Shown here: in pieces, positions 38,679-49,856 of the stretch | Layout: every line of letters begins with the position of its first letter | Position numbering within the stretch: position 1 is the stretch's first letter | Source: Mustelus asterias | Lineage: Eukaryota | Assembly (NCBI RefSeq): GCF_964213995.1 | Contig: NW_027590155.1 | Coordinates: 620,001 to 684,000 of the forward strand | Length of the DNA: 64,000 bases | Direction: 5' to 3' | Position numbers and translations under genes: made by a program | Notes under the pieces: model-generated | Databases searched by the model: none | Told to the model about the DNA's origin: nothing | Seen by the model: the letters and a program-made list of their open reading frames with translations, nothing else

Positions 38679-38751
38679 GTTTCTGTAGTGTAGTGGTTAT
38701 CACGTTCGCCTCACACGCGAAAAGTCCCCGGTTGGAAACCGGGCAGCAATA
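38679..38751 (+). tRNA. tRNA-Val(CAC), probably a pseudogene
   Basis: GTTTCTGTAGTGTAGTGGTTATCACGTTCGCCTCACACGCGAAAAGTCCCCGGTTGGAAACCGGGCAGCAATA matches vertebrate tRNA-Val-CAC. The T-loop TTC is changed to TTG and the acceptor stem has a mismatch. Confidence 0.8.
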
Positions 38752-39595
38752 TTCATCATCGTTCTTCATTCAGTGTGAGGCAAGTTTTGCATGGTAGTTG
38801 TTTGCTGAACATTATCCGATTCTCCATGTTGCAGCCATGTTATCTTTGCTCTGAACTCGGCCACAAATGCTTTCAGCAAAATCAGAAATGCTGTAATTTA
38901 AGACGCAGTGAGGAAATAAATGTTTGTACTTTGACACCGTGGGCATCTGAGCAAATTGTTCAGTCCATAACAGAATTTAATGGTTTTATAAATGCAGACT
39001 AACATAGTTAATCATCATCTGAAACATGTGTAATAGTAGTGTGTGCTCATAAAGACAGACACAAGTGAAACTGTAACTGAACTAAAGGAAATGACGCACA
39101 TTTCCCGGAAGCATATTTTTAAAATTGTTCCTCATAATAAAGAAATGGGAAAAAAATCACTCAGGCAGATGAGTAAATCGAAACTCAGCGTAGATCTGCT
39201 GGACTTTCCGACTGGTGAACGGGATTTAGGCGCCAGAATGTTTCACATGCAGAATCAAGAGGGATCAAGTATAACGAGCAAATCATTCTTAAATCTTTTC
39301 CCTTTAAAGATACTTGATTTTGTTTAAAAGCTGACTGTCTCAAATAGGCACCATGGGATGTGTGTTACCCAGTGACTCGATTTATTTTATTTGTCAATCA
39401 TGTTTGCAATGCAATGTTGCATATTCCCGAGATATTCAATTCAGAATGAAGATGTATGTATTAAATACATGTATTAATATTTAATATCGAATAACGAAAC
39501 AAATATTGAGTAACGAGCCAACGATTCAAGTCTGGATGACCCTTCATCAGAGCTAAGAGCAAAGAAGAGCAGAAAAGATTTAAATTATGAGGTTG

Positions 39596-42066
39596 GAAAA
39601 AATAGGGTTGTTGTAGTGGGGGACTTTAATTTCCCTGGCACAGACTGGAAAGTGGTGAGAGCTGGGGGTCCGGACGGGGAGGAATTTGTAAAATGCGTGC
39701 TGGAAGGTTCTTTGGAACAGTATGTAAGATAGCCCGACTAGAGAGGGGGCTATACTGGACCGAGTTCTGGGAAATGAGCCCGGTCAGGTCGTCAAAGTTT
39801 CGGTAGGGGAATATGTGGCAAATAGTGACCACAACTCTGTTAACTTTAGGATAGTAATGGACAAGGATGAGTGCTGTCCTACGGGCAGGGTGCTAAATTG
39901 GGGGAAGGCTAACTATAGCCGGATTAGGCAGGAATTGGTGGATGTTGATTGGGAGAGGATGTTCGAGGGTGAGTCCGCTTCTGGCATGTGGGAGTCTTTT
40001 AAGGAAGTATTGATAAGGCTGCACGATAGGCATGTGCCTGTAAAAAGGAAAGATAGGAAAGGTAGGATTCGAGAGCCGTGGATAACCAGGGAAATTGAGG
40101 ATCTGATTAAAATGAAAAGGGAGGCGTACGTTAAGTCCAGGCAACAGAAAACAGATGGAGCTCTGGAGGAATACAGAGAGAGTAGGAAAGAACTCAAACG
40201 GGGAGTTAGAAGGGCAAAAGGAGGTCACGAGATGTTCTTGGCAGGCAGGATTAAGGAGAATCCTAAGGCATTCTATTCATACGTTAGGAACAAAAGAGTT
40301 GTCAGGGAGAAAATCGGACCTCTCAGGGACAAAGGAGGGGAATTATGCTTAGAACCCAAGGGAATAGGGGAGATCCTAAATGAATACTTTGCATCGGAGA
40401 GGGGTGTGTTAACCGGGAGTGTCTCGGAGGATGGTGTTGACCCGTTAGAGAAAATCTCCATTACAAGAGAGCAAGTGTTAGGTTTTTTAGGGAACATTAA
40501 AACTGACAAAGCCCCAGGGCCTGATGGCATCTATCCTCGACTGCTCAAGGAGACGAGAGATGAAATTGCTGGGCCTCTGACGGAAATCTTTGTCACTTCT
40601 TTGGACACGGGTGAGGTCTCTGAGGATTGGAGGATAGCGAATGTGGTCCCGTTGTTTAAGAACGGTAGCAGGGATAACCCAGGAAATTATAGGCCGGTGA
40701 GCTTGACGTCCGTGGTAGGGAAGTTGTTGGAAATGATTCTTAGAGACAGGGTGTATGTGCATTTAGAACGGAACAATCTCATTCGTGACAGACAGCATGG
40801 TTTTGTAAGAGGGAGGTCGTGCCTTACAAATTTGGTGGAGTTTTTTGAGGAAGTGACAAAAACGGTTGATGAAGGAAGGGCCGTGGATGTCGTCTATATG
40901 GATTTCAGTAAGGCATTTGACAAAGTCCCACATGGCAGGTTGGTTAAGAAGGTTAAGGCTCATGGGATACAAGCAGAAGTGGCTAGATGGGTGGAGAACT
41001 GGTTTGGCCATAGGAGACAGAGGGTAGTGGTCGAAGGGTCTTTTTCCGGCTGGAGGTCTGTGACCAGCGGTGTTCCGCAGGGCTCTGTACTGGGACCTCT
41101 GCTATTTGTGATATATATAAATGATTTGGAAGAAGGTGTAACTGGTGTAATCAGCAAGTTTGCGGATGACACGAAGATGGCTGGACTTGCGGATAGCGAA
41201 GAGCATTGTCGGGCAATACAGCAGGATATAGATAGGCTGGAAAATTGGGCGGAGAGATGGCAGATGGAGTTTAATCTGGATGAATGCGAAGTGATGCATT
41301 TTGGAAGAAATAATGAAGGGAGGAGTTATACAATAAATGGCAGAGTCATCAGGAGTATAGAAACACAGAGGGACCTAGGTGTGCAAGTCCACAAATCCTT
41401 GAAGGTGGCAACATAGGTGGAGAAGGTGGTGAAGAAGGCATATGGTATGCTTGCCTTTATACGACGAGGTATAGAGTATAAAAGCTGGAGTCTGATGATG
41501 CAGCTGTATAGAACGCTGGTTAGGCCACATTTGGAGTACTGCGTCCAGTTCTGGTCGCCGCACTACCAGAAGGACGTGGAGGCGTTAGAGAGAGTGCAGA
41601 GAAGGTTTACCAGGATGTTGCCTGGTATGGAGGGTCTTAGCAATGAGGAGTGATTGGGTAAACTGGGGTTGTTCTCCCTGGAAAGACGGAGAATGAGGGG
41701 AGACCTAATAGAGGTGTACAAGATTATGAAGGGGATAGATAGGATGAACGGTGGGAAGCTTTTTCCCAGATCAGAAGTGACGTTCACGAGGGGTCACGGG
41801 CTCAAGGTGAGAGGGGCGAAGTATAACTCAGATATTAGAGGGATGTTTTTTACACAGAGGGTGGTGGGGGCCTGGAATGCGCTGCCAAGTACGGTGGTGG
41901 AGGCAGGCATGCTGACATCGTTTAAGACTTATCTGGATATTCACATGAGCAGCCTGGGAATGGAGGGATGCAAACGATTGGTCTAGTTGGACCAAGGAGC
42001 GGCACAGGCTTGGAGGGCCGAAGGGCCTGTTTCCTGTGCTGTACTGTTCTTTGTTCTTTGTTCTTT
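39596..42066 (+). mobile_element. CR1 LINE, 5' truncated, few stops
   Basis: 533-aa RT ORF plus continuation; (TTCTTTG)n tail. Confidence 0.95.
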
Positions 42067-42149
42067 GGAATGGCGGGTGCTCTAATTGGACAAAGGGAAT
42101 ACAAATGAGGATAAAGACGGCTGAGAGAGATGCTAGAAATATCCATTAA

Positions 42150-43075
42150 GCGATCAGAATAGCAGAGCAGAGGTAAAGGTGGTTAAGGCAGTTGCCCTAA
42201 AAGAGGAGTGGGGGCGGGGGGAGTTGGGGGGAGGGGCAAGAAGGAGAGCAGGAATGAAGAGGTGGAAAAATGGAAGTGAGAAAGAAGTATGATAAAAATG
42301 GGTGAATGAGATGAAAAGAAGAAACAGAATGAAATAAAATAAATGGAAAGTGGATAAAAGTGGAGGGGAGAGTTCATGCTCTGAAGTTGTTGAACTCAAT
42401 GTTTTGGCCGGAAGGCTGTAAAGTGTTCAATCAAAAGATGAGGCACTGTTCCTCCAGCTTGCGTTGGGGTTCACTCGAACATTGCAAAATGCCAAGGACG
42501 GACATGTGGACAGGAGAGCAGGGTGGGGTGTTGAAGTGGCAAGAACTGGAAGTTCTGGGTCCTGCTTGCAGACGGACTGAAGGTGTTCAGCAAAGTGATC
42601 ATCCAGTTTGTGTTTGGTTTCTCCAATGTAGTAGAGTAGACTTCATTGGGAGGAGCGAATGCAAAAGACCAGATTGAAGGAGATGCATGTGAAGCGCTGC
42701 TTCACCTGAAAGGGGTGTTTGGGACCTGGGATGCTGAGCAGGGAGGAGGTAAAGGGACAGGTGTTGCACCTTCTACCATTGCACGGGAAGATGCTGTGGG
42801 CATGGGATGGGATGTTGGGTGGGATGGAGGCGTGGACCAGCGTGTCCCAGAGAGAACTTTCCTTGTGGAATGCTGATGGGTGTGGGGGGTGAGGTAATGA
42901 TGTGTTGCGGAGTGGCTTCATACTGGAGTTGGCAGCAATGGCGGAGGATGATACTTTGAACACAGAGGCTGGTCTGGTAAAAAGTGAGGACAAGCGGAAC
43001 CCTGTCCTCTTTCTGGGAGGGAGGGGAGGGGGTGCGAGCAGTGGCCTGGGGGATGAGTTGGACACGGCCAAGAGT
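42150..43075 (-). mobile_element. Penelope-like element fragment (RT thumb/linker and GIY-YIG start)
   Basis: KEDRVPLVLTF..., FPCNGRRCNTCP and QRFTCISFNLVFCIRSSQ match the Cys-linker/GIY-YIG region of vertebrate Penelope elements; frameshifted. Confidence 0.75.
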
Positions 43076-43294
43076 CCTGTCAGCCACAGTGGGTGGACTC
43101 CGCACAGGCAGTCATCCAAGGCAAGAATCAAACCCAGGTCCCGAGCAGTGTAAGGCAGCAGCGCTAACCACTGTTCCACCCGGAATGAAAAGTAAAATAT
43201 TGCGGATGTTGGAATTGGGAAATTTAAACTGAAAATACTGGATAAACTCAGCAGACCTGGCGGCATCTGTGGAGAAACCTATTAACAATGGATT

Positions 43295-44618
43295 CTTATG
43301 ATTTTGTGGGCAAAGTTTTGGAAAGTATTATAAGAGATAGGATTTATAATCATCTAGAAAGGAATAATTTGATGAGGGATGATCAACATGGTTTTGTGAA
43401 AGGTAAGTCGTGCCTCACAAAACTTATTGAGTTCTTTGATAAGGTGACCAAAGAGGTGGATGAGGGTAAAGCAGTTGATGTAGTGTATATGGATTTCAGT
43501 AAAGCGTTTCATAAGGTTCCCCACGGTAATCTATTGCAGAAGATACAGAGGCATGGGATTGAGGGTGATTTAGTGGTTTGGATCAGGAATTGGCTAGCTG
43601 TAAGAAAGCAGAGGGTGGTGGTTGATGGGAAATGTTCATCCTGGAGTTCAGTTACTCGTGGTGTACCTCAAGGATCTGTTTGGGGCCACTGCTGTTTGTC
43701 ATTTTTATTATTGACCTGGATGAGGGCGTAAAAGGATGGGTTCGTAAATTTGTGGATAAGGTCGGTGGAGTTGTGGACAGTGCGGAAGGTTGGTTCAGGT
43801 TACAGAGGGTCATAGATAAGCTGCAGTGCTGGGCTGAGAAGTGGCAAATGAAGTTCAATGCGGAAAAGTGTGAGATGATTCACTTTGGAAGGAGTAACAG
43901 GATTACAGAGTACTGGGCTAATGGTAAGATACTTGGTAGTGTGGCTGAACAGAGAGATCTCGATGTCCATGTGCATAGATCCCTGAAAGGTGGCACCCAG
44001 TTTGATAGGGTTGTTAAGAAGGCGTACAGAGTGTTAGCTTTTATTGGTAGAGGAATTGAGTTTCGGAGCCAGGAGGTCATGTTGCAGCTGTACAAAACTC
44101 TGGGGCGGCCGCACTTGGAGTATTGCGTACAGTTCTGGTCACCACATTATCGGAAGATGTGGATGCATTGGAAAGGGTGCCGAGGTTTGGTGGGAAGGTC
44201 TTATGAGGAAAGGCTGAGGGACTTGAGGTTGTTTTCGTTAGAGAGAAGATGGTCAAGAGGAGGCTTAATAGAGGCATATAAGATGATCAGAGGATTAGAT
44301 AGGGTGGATAGTGAGAGCCTTTTTCCTCGGATGGTGATAGCTAGCACGAGGGGACATAGCTTTAAATTGGGGGGTGATAGATATAGGACAGATGTCAGAG
44401 TTATGTTCTTCACTCAAAGAGTGGTAAGGGCGTGGAATGCCCTGCCTGCAACAGTACTGGACTCGCCAACATTAAGGGCATTTAAATGGTCATTGGATAA
44501 ACATATGGATGATATTGGAATAGTGTAGGTTAGATGGGCTTTAGATTGGTTTCTCAGGTCGGCGCAACATCGAGGGCCGAAGGGCCTGTACTCTGCTGTA
44601 ATGTTCTATGTTCTATGA
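43295..44618 (+). mobile_element. CR1 LINE fragment
   Basis: RT ORF pieces and a (TTCTATG)n tail. Confidence 0.9.
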
Positions 44619-44789
44619 TTTTGGTTGCTGAATGAGGAGACAAGGTCCTGTCGGTTTTATTGACGTTTTATGCGGCGTTACGGTTGAGGCGATAAAAACA
44701 ATATTTTAAATATCTCTGATATTAAGTGATGTGTATCTTTGTGTGGGGCAGACGTGCTCCGTTTGGACAGAAGATGAAGAAACAATGTG

Positions 44790-44960
44790 CCCTTAACAAA
44801 GATGGCGGCGATGTGGGGGCGGGCCAATGGGCGGTGTACGCAGAACGCTGAGGAGGTTGGGGTCGCACATGCGCATTGCAGCGGGTGTGGTTTGTTGATG
44901 GACTCGCGCGGGTTCTTACCCGGATCGGAATCAGATTTGAAAGAGGGGACGGTTAACGGT
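44790..44960. promoter_or_regulatory. CpG-rich promoter-like motif cluster (YY1, GC box, CCAAT, NRF1-like)
   Basis: AAGATGGCGGC 44799-44809, GGGGCGGG 44816-44823, CCAAT 44824-44828, GCACATGCGCA 44865-44875. Confidence 0.4.
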
Positions 44961-46129
44961 CTGCGGCGTTGCCATGGCTGCAGGGGAGGGGCATGCCAAC
45001 CACGCGCGCTGGCACAAGTGGACCCTCGAGCACAACCTGAATGGCAGCAGCAGAGGCCACGCGGGGAGCCGGGGGCTCGAGTAGGAGGCAAGTCGGGCCA
45101 GCCCGCCTCTCCTGCGGAGGCCACCGCACACCGATCCGGGGATGTGGCACCAACACAAAACTTCCCAACCCAGGGTTTTTCACGTCTCGTTTACCCCTCA
45201 CTGAACTCCTCAGCACAAAGCAGCCCTTCAACTTCCTCAGAAACCACTCAGACCCAACTTGGCTTCATATCCCCAGGTCACGACCCTGAGATGCCCTTGT
45301 GGTTTCAGCCCCTCCACCTGATCAGGTGCCAACTGCGGTTGAGAGCCAATCATATTGCTGTGGCTCTGCAATCACATGTAGGCTCGATGAGGTAAGGACG
45401 GCATATTTGCTTCTCTAAAGGACATTAATGAACCAGATAGGTTTGTACACAATCGACAATGATATCATGGTCATAAGTTCCTACTTAATTCCAGATGTTT
45501 TTTACTGAATTTAAATTCCACCATCTGCCATGGCAGGATTCGAAGCCGGGTCCTGAGAACATTAGTTGAGTTTGTGGATTAATTGTCTCGCGAGAATAGA
45601 GGGATTGAGTTTCGGAGCCAGGAGGTCATGTTGCAGCTGTACAAAACTCTGGTGCGGCCGCACTTGGAGTATTGCGTACAGTTCTGGTCACCGCATTATA
45701 GGAAGGATGTGGATGCATTGGAAAGGGTGCAGAGGTTTGGTGGGAAGGTCTTATGAGGAAAGGCTGAGGGACTTGAGGTTGTTTTGAGCCACTTCTTCCC
45801 TTCTTCGATCCACTCCCAAATTACAGTGATAGCTATCCACACCTGAAATACAATCATTCCAGCATTAAGTTACATAAATCGATAATAGTTCCTGTAATGA
45901 ATTATATTTTTGCTGCAATATGTTAGAGACACAGAATTACTGCAAATCAGACTGACGTGTTGACCCTGATAAGGTAATCTCATCTTGTTTATGTCCATTC
46001 CCTTGTGAAGGGGTGCAGAAATAAAGGCACTTAATTTACAGTGAAATTGTTTATTGTCTATAACAGATGCTCAAATGCATTTCACCTCTTGGACTAGCAA
46101 AGACGTGACAATGGATCTCACTGTTACTG

Positions 46130-46780
46130 CCTCAGTGTTCGTCTGTCTCTGCAATGTTCCAGTGTCAGCAATCAATTCACCGGGAATAATCCTTGGTGTT
46201 TTTGATATATTATGTTTCATTTGATTTCATTTCATTTGATTTATTATTATCGCACATATTAGTACACAGTGAAGATTATTGTTTCTTGCGCATTGTACAG
46301 TCAGAACATAACGTACATAGGGAAGGAAGGGAAAGAGTGAATAATGTAGTGTTCCAGTCATAGCTAGGGTGTAGAGAAAGATCAACTTGATGCGAGGTAG
46401 GTCCATTCAAAAGTCTGATTGCAGCAGGAAAGAAGTTGTTTTCCAGACGGTTTGTACGTGTCCTCAGATTTTTGGGTTTTGTTCCCGATGGGAAAAAGGT
46501 GAGAGAGTATGTCCGGGGTGCGTGGCGTTTTGTTTTCATAGGATTTTAGACATGTTTACGAGTGTCGAATCGGAGGTTGTGTTGACTCAGCCAGAGGCAG
46601 AAGCCGGGCGTCCCTGAGGCTCTTTGAGACTGACCTGTAAAGCCAAAGCGTTCAATAGTGGCAGCAACTGGCTGGTCTCGGTGCGACAGGTTCCTGAACA
46701 GTGTTTATAGTGTCTTACTCAGTACGATAGTCTTGGTCAACCTACAATTACTCAGTACGATAGTCTTGGTCAACCTACAA
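46130..46780 (+). pseudogene. IGHV: Truncated IgM-type VH pseudogene (V part ~46562-46740)
   Basis: [47 protein letters not shown]. The intron remnant 46130-46205 and upstream 45810-46030 are homologous to the 56.2-kb VH region. A Rex-type 3' end is inserted in the intron (~46215-46520, -). No leader or RSS is seen. Confidence 0.85.
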
Positions 46781-47099
46781 TTGATAGCACAGAAATAGAG
46801 ACAAATATGGAAATCAATCAACGGATTCCAGTCATGATTGTTTTTTGAGGAAATAAGATATGATGATATCTACGTTCAGAATTAGGAAAAAAACCCTCTG
46901 ATCCCGAAATGTAATGACACGGCAAATGTGTTCCTGGAAATTTCCTGTGTTTCATCTCTCCCTGTGTCTTTCTCATGTCTGTTTCTGTGTCTTGTCTCTC
47001 CAAGATGGTTCATCGCTTGACTCTACAACATTGGAGTCAATGTCTGCCCAATGTATTCTCTCAGCCAGAGTTATAGGCTTATGAAATAATGCAATTCAA

Positions 47100-47765
47100 T
47101 GAACTGAAATCCGCGAGGGAGCTTTACTCTAAAAGATCTCTTGAGCTATGCAATGATTATGGAGTGTTTGATACATTTTCCACCGTATCTAACCTCAGTT
47201 GTACCTTGTGATAAGGATTCGATGTGGCAGTACCGAAGGATCTTTTCCTGTATTTAGCCTGTGCTGTCCCTATCCTTGGAATGTTTGACTTGACAGAGTA
47301 GAGGAATATTAACTCTGCATCTTAACTCACTGTACCTGCGCTTTGAATGTTTGATATGATTTTGTAAAGGGAGATTTTATCCGTTTTTAATCACTGTTTA
47401 CCTGACCTGGGTCTGTTTATGGGACTGTGTAGAGGGCTGTTTCCCCTGTACCTAATACCAATTCAAACCTACCTCCGGAATCTCTGAAGGAAGAGTGCAG
47501 AACAGGTTTTACAGAGAAGAGAGTCCCTGGTCTTTATGCTTTCATTGAATTTGAGCAGACTTTGTAGAGGGAGCTTCACTCTGTTTCTAGACAGGCCACC
47601 TGTCTGGGAATGTTTGATTTGGAAAGTGTCGTGGAAGGTTTACTTTGTCTCTAACTCATGCTATTCTTGCCTTGGGAGTGTTTAATTTGGCAATGTAGAG
47701 TGAGCTTTACATTCTGTAGCTAACCCCATGTTACTCCTGCCCTGTGAGTTTTTGATGGGGCAGCA
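47100..47765. repeat. Degenerate ~60-bp minisatellite
   Basis: Recurring gtagagggagctttactctg...cctgggagtgtttgat units; also at ~61180-61320. Confidence 0.7.
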
Positions 47766-48667
47766 GGCCGTCTATCCAAATTGCATGGGGAATGAACAAG
47801 TCTCTTTATATTACAGTAAATGTACCCTGTGTCAGCTTATATTATATAATTCCATGCCTCTGGTTATGTTGCACTAGACCCGATCTATTTTTATATTGCA
47901 CTATACCCTACCTCTACTCATATCAATCTAGATGCTTTCCCTGTTTTATTACATTAGACGCTGTGTCTGTTTATATTAATTTTGACCTGTCTCTCTTTGT
48001 ATTAAACTAGATGCAGTCTTATTTCTGCACTTGACCCTGTCCACGTTTATATTGCATTTGACATGGTCTCAGTTTTTATTGCACTGGATAATGCCAGTAC
48101 CGAGGAAAGTGGTTGGGGGAACACAATTCTCCGCATCCTCCTAAACATTTGAATTCTACGAGGTCTTGGGCAATGGAAAAGCAGAAGCGATGTCTGATAT
48201 CTACTTCTGCTGACTGCATTGGAAGTGGATAGTGTCTGTCTCTGTTAATACTCTGCTGGATCAGAAATGAGTTTATATTGCGCTGGACAACTCTGTCTGT
48301 ATAGCATGCACTGTCAACAAAGAACAAAGAAAATTACAGCAAAGGGACAGGCCCTTCGGCCCTCCAATCTTGCACTGACCAAATATTGTCGATCCAATAC
48401 TGCCCGTTTCAGGATCCTGCCAGACACCAATGTTTTTATCCCAACATTTTATCTCTTCTTCTTGCATAACGAGGAGTATTGTAAATATAATTCAAACATA
48501 GGCATAGCTAAGTGCAGGAATGACACTGACACAGTCTAGTCAAATATGCGGAGGGTCAGGATCAAATATTACATAACCAGAGAGTGTGTCTAGTGCTATA
48601 TAAACTGAGTTCTGGTCCAACAAAGTATTAACAGAGACGGACTCTATTTTAATCTGCACAGGGGCCT

Positions 48668-49280
48668 AGAACATAAGAACATAAGAACTAGGAGCAGGAG
48701 TAGGCCATTTGGCCCCTCGAGCCTGCTCTGCCATTCAATAAGATCATGGCTGATCTTTTTGTGGACTCAGCTCCAGTTACCCGCCCGCTCACCATAATCC
48801 TTAATTCCGTTACTGTTCAAAAATGTATCTATCCTTGCCTGAAAGACATTGAATGAGGTAGTCTCAACTGCTTACTGGGCAGGCCATTCTACAGATTCAC
48901 AACCCTTTGTGTGAAGAAATTCCCCCTCAACTCAGTCCTAAATCTGCTTCTCCTTATTTTGAGGCTATGCCCCCGAGTTCTAATTTCACCCGCCAGTGGA
49001 GCAACTTCTCTGCTTCTATCTTGTCTACTTCCTTCATAATCTTCTATGTTTCTATAAGACCTCCACTCATTCTTCTGAATTCCAATGAGTATAGCCCCAG
49101 TCTACTCAGTCTCTCCTTATAAGCAAACCCTCTCAACTCCAGAATCAACCTAGTGAATCTCCTCTGCACCCCCTCCAATGCCAGTATATCCTTTCTCAAG
49201 TAAGGAGATCAAAACTGTACACAGTACTCGAGGTGTGGCCTCACCAGCACCTTATACAGATGCGATATAACCTCGCCTGA
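48668..49280 (-). mobile_element. CR1 LINE 3' end
   Basis: (TAAGAACA)n tail and LVRPHLEYCVQF. Confidence 0.85.
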
Positions 49281-49469
49281 CCCAACAAAACGGAAATAAG
49301 TTACTTCCGAGTGCCATGCGGGGATGGTCAAAGGCCAAATGCTGGTCTTTCCAGTAACACCCACATCCCATGAAAGAAACATTAAAAATATATGTGACAT
49401 TGTCGAGGAAAAGAAAACCGAGACAGCGTCTCGTGCAATTTTACTGGATATAGGACTTTGTACGATGTG

Positions 49470-49620
49470 AACTGAGAGAGAACCGAGTAATTAATGATAC
49501 TGGACCTAACATTAGATAAACTGAGACAGAGACAAGTGCGTCAGTAATAATTACTGATATAGGACTGAGACAGATATAAACTGAGACAGAGTCCAGTGTG
49601 TTAGTAATAATTACTGATAA
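49470..49620. repeat. Short tandem repeat, ~57-bp unit
   Basis: Repeated agtaataattactgata...taaactgagacagag. Confidence 0.7.
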
Positions 49621-49856
49621 GTTTACCTCGACTCGATGCACTGGCCAGGCTAAATTTTCCCTCAATGTACCCGAACAGGCGCTGGAGTGTGGCGCCTGGG
49701 GGATTTTCACAGCAACTTCATTGATGTGTGAATGTAAGCCTACTTATAACACGAATAAACAAACTTACAAATTAAAATCTTCCAGCAGATAAGGATAATG
49801 TCATAAATGTTCAGAAAGAAAATAATTATTTTCAACAATGACGATCCAATGACGAT

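Larger units (their letters stand above)
37560..39505. repeat. Tandem duplication, ~1.1 kb period, each unit headed by tRNA-Val
   Basis: 37560-38410 aligns to 38670-39505; the tRNA starts are 1102 bp apart. Confidence 0.85.

Noticed and set aside
47100-49620. Repeat arrays as CRISPR-like or switch-like regions
   Set aside because: Vertebrate context, degenerate tandem units with no unique spacers and no dense AGCT array.
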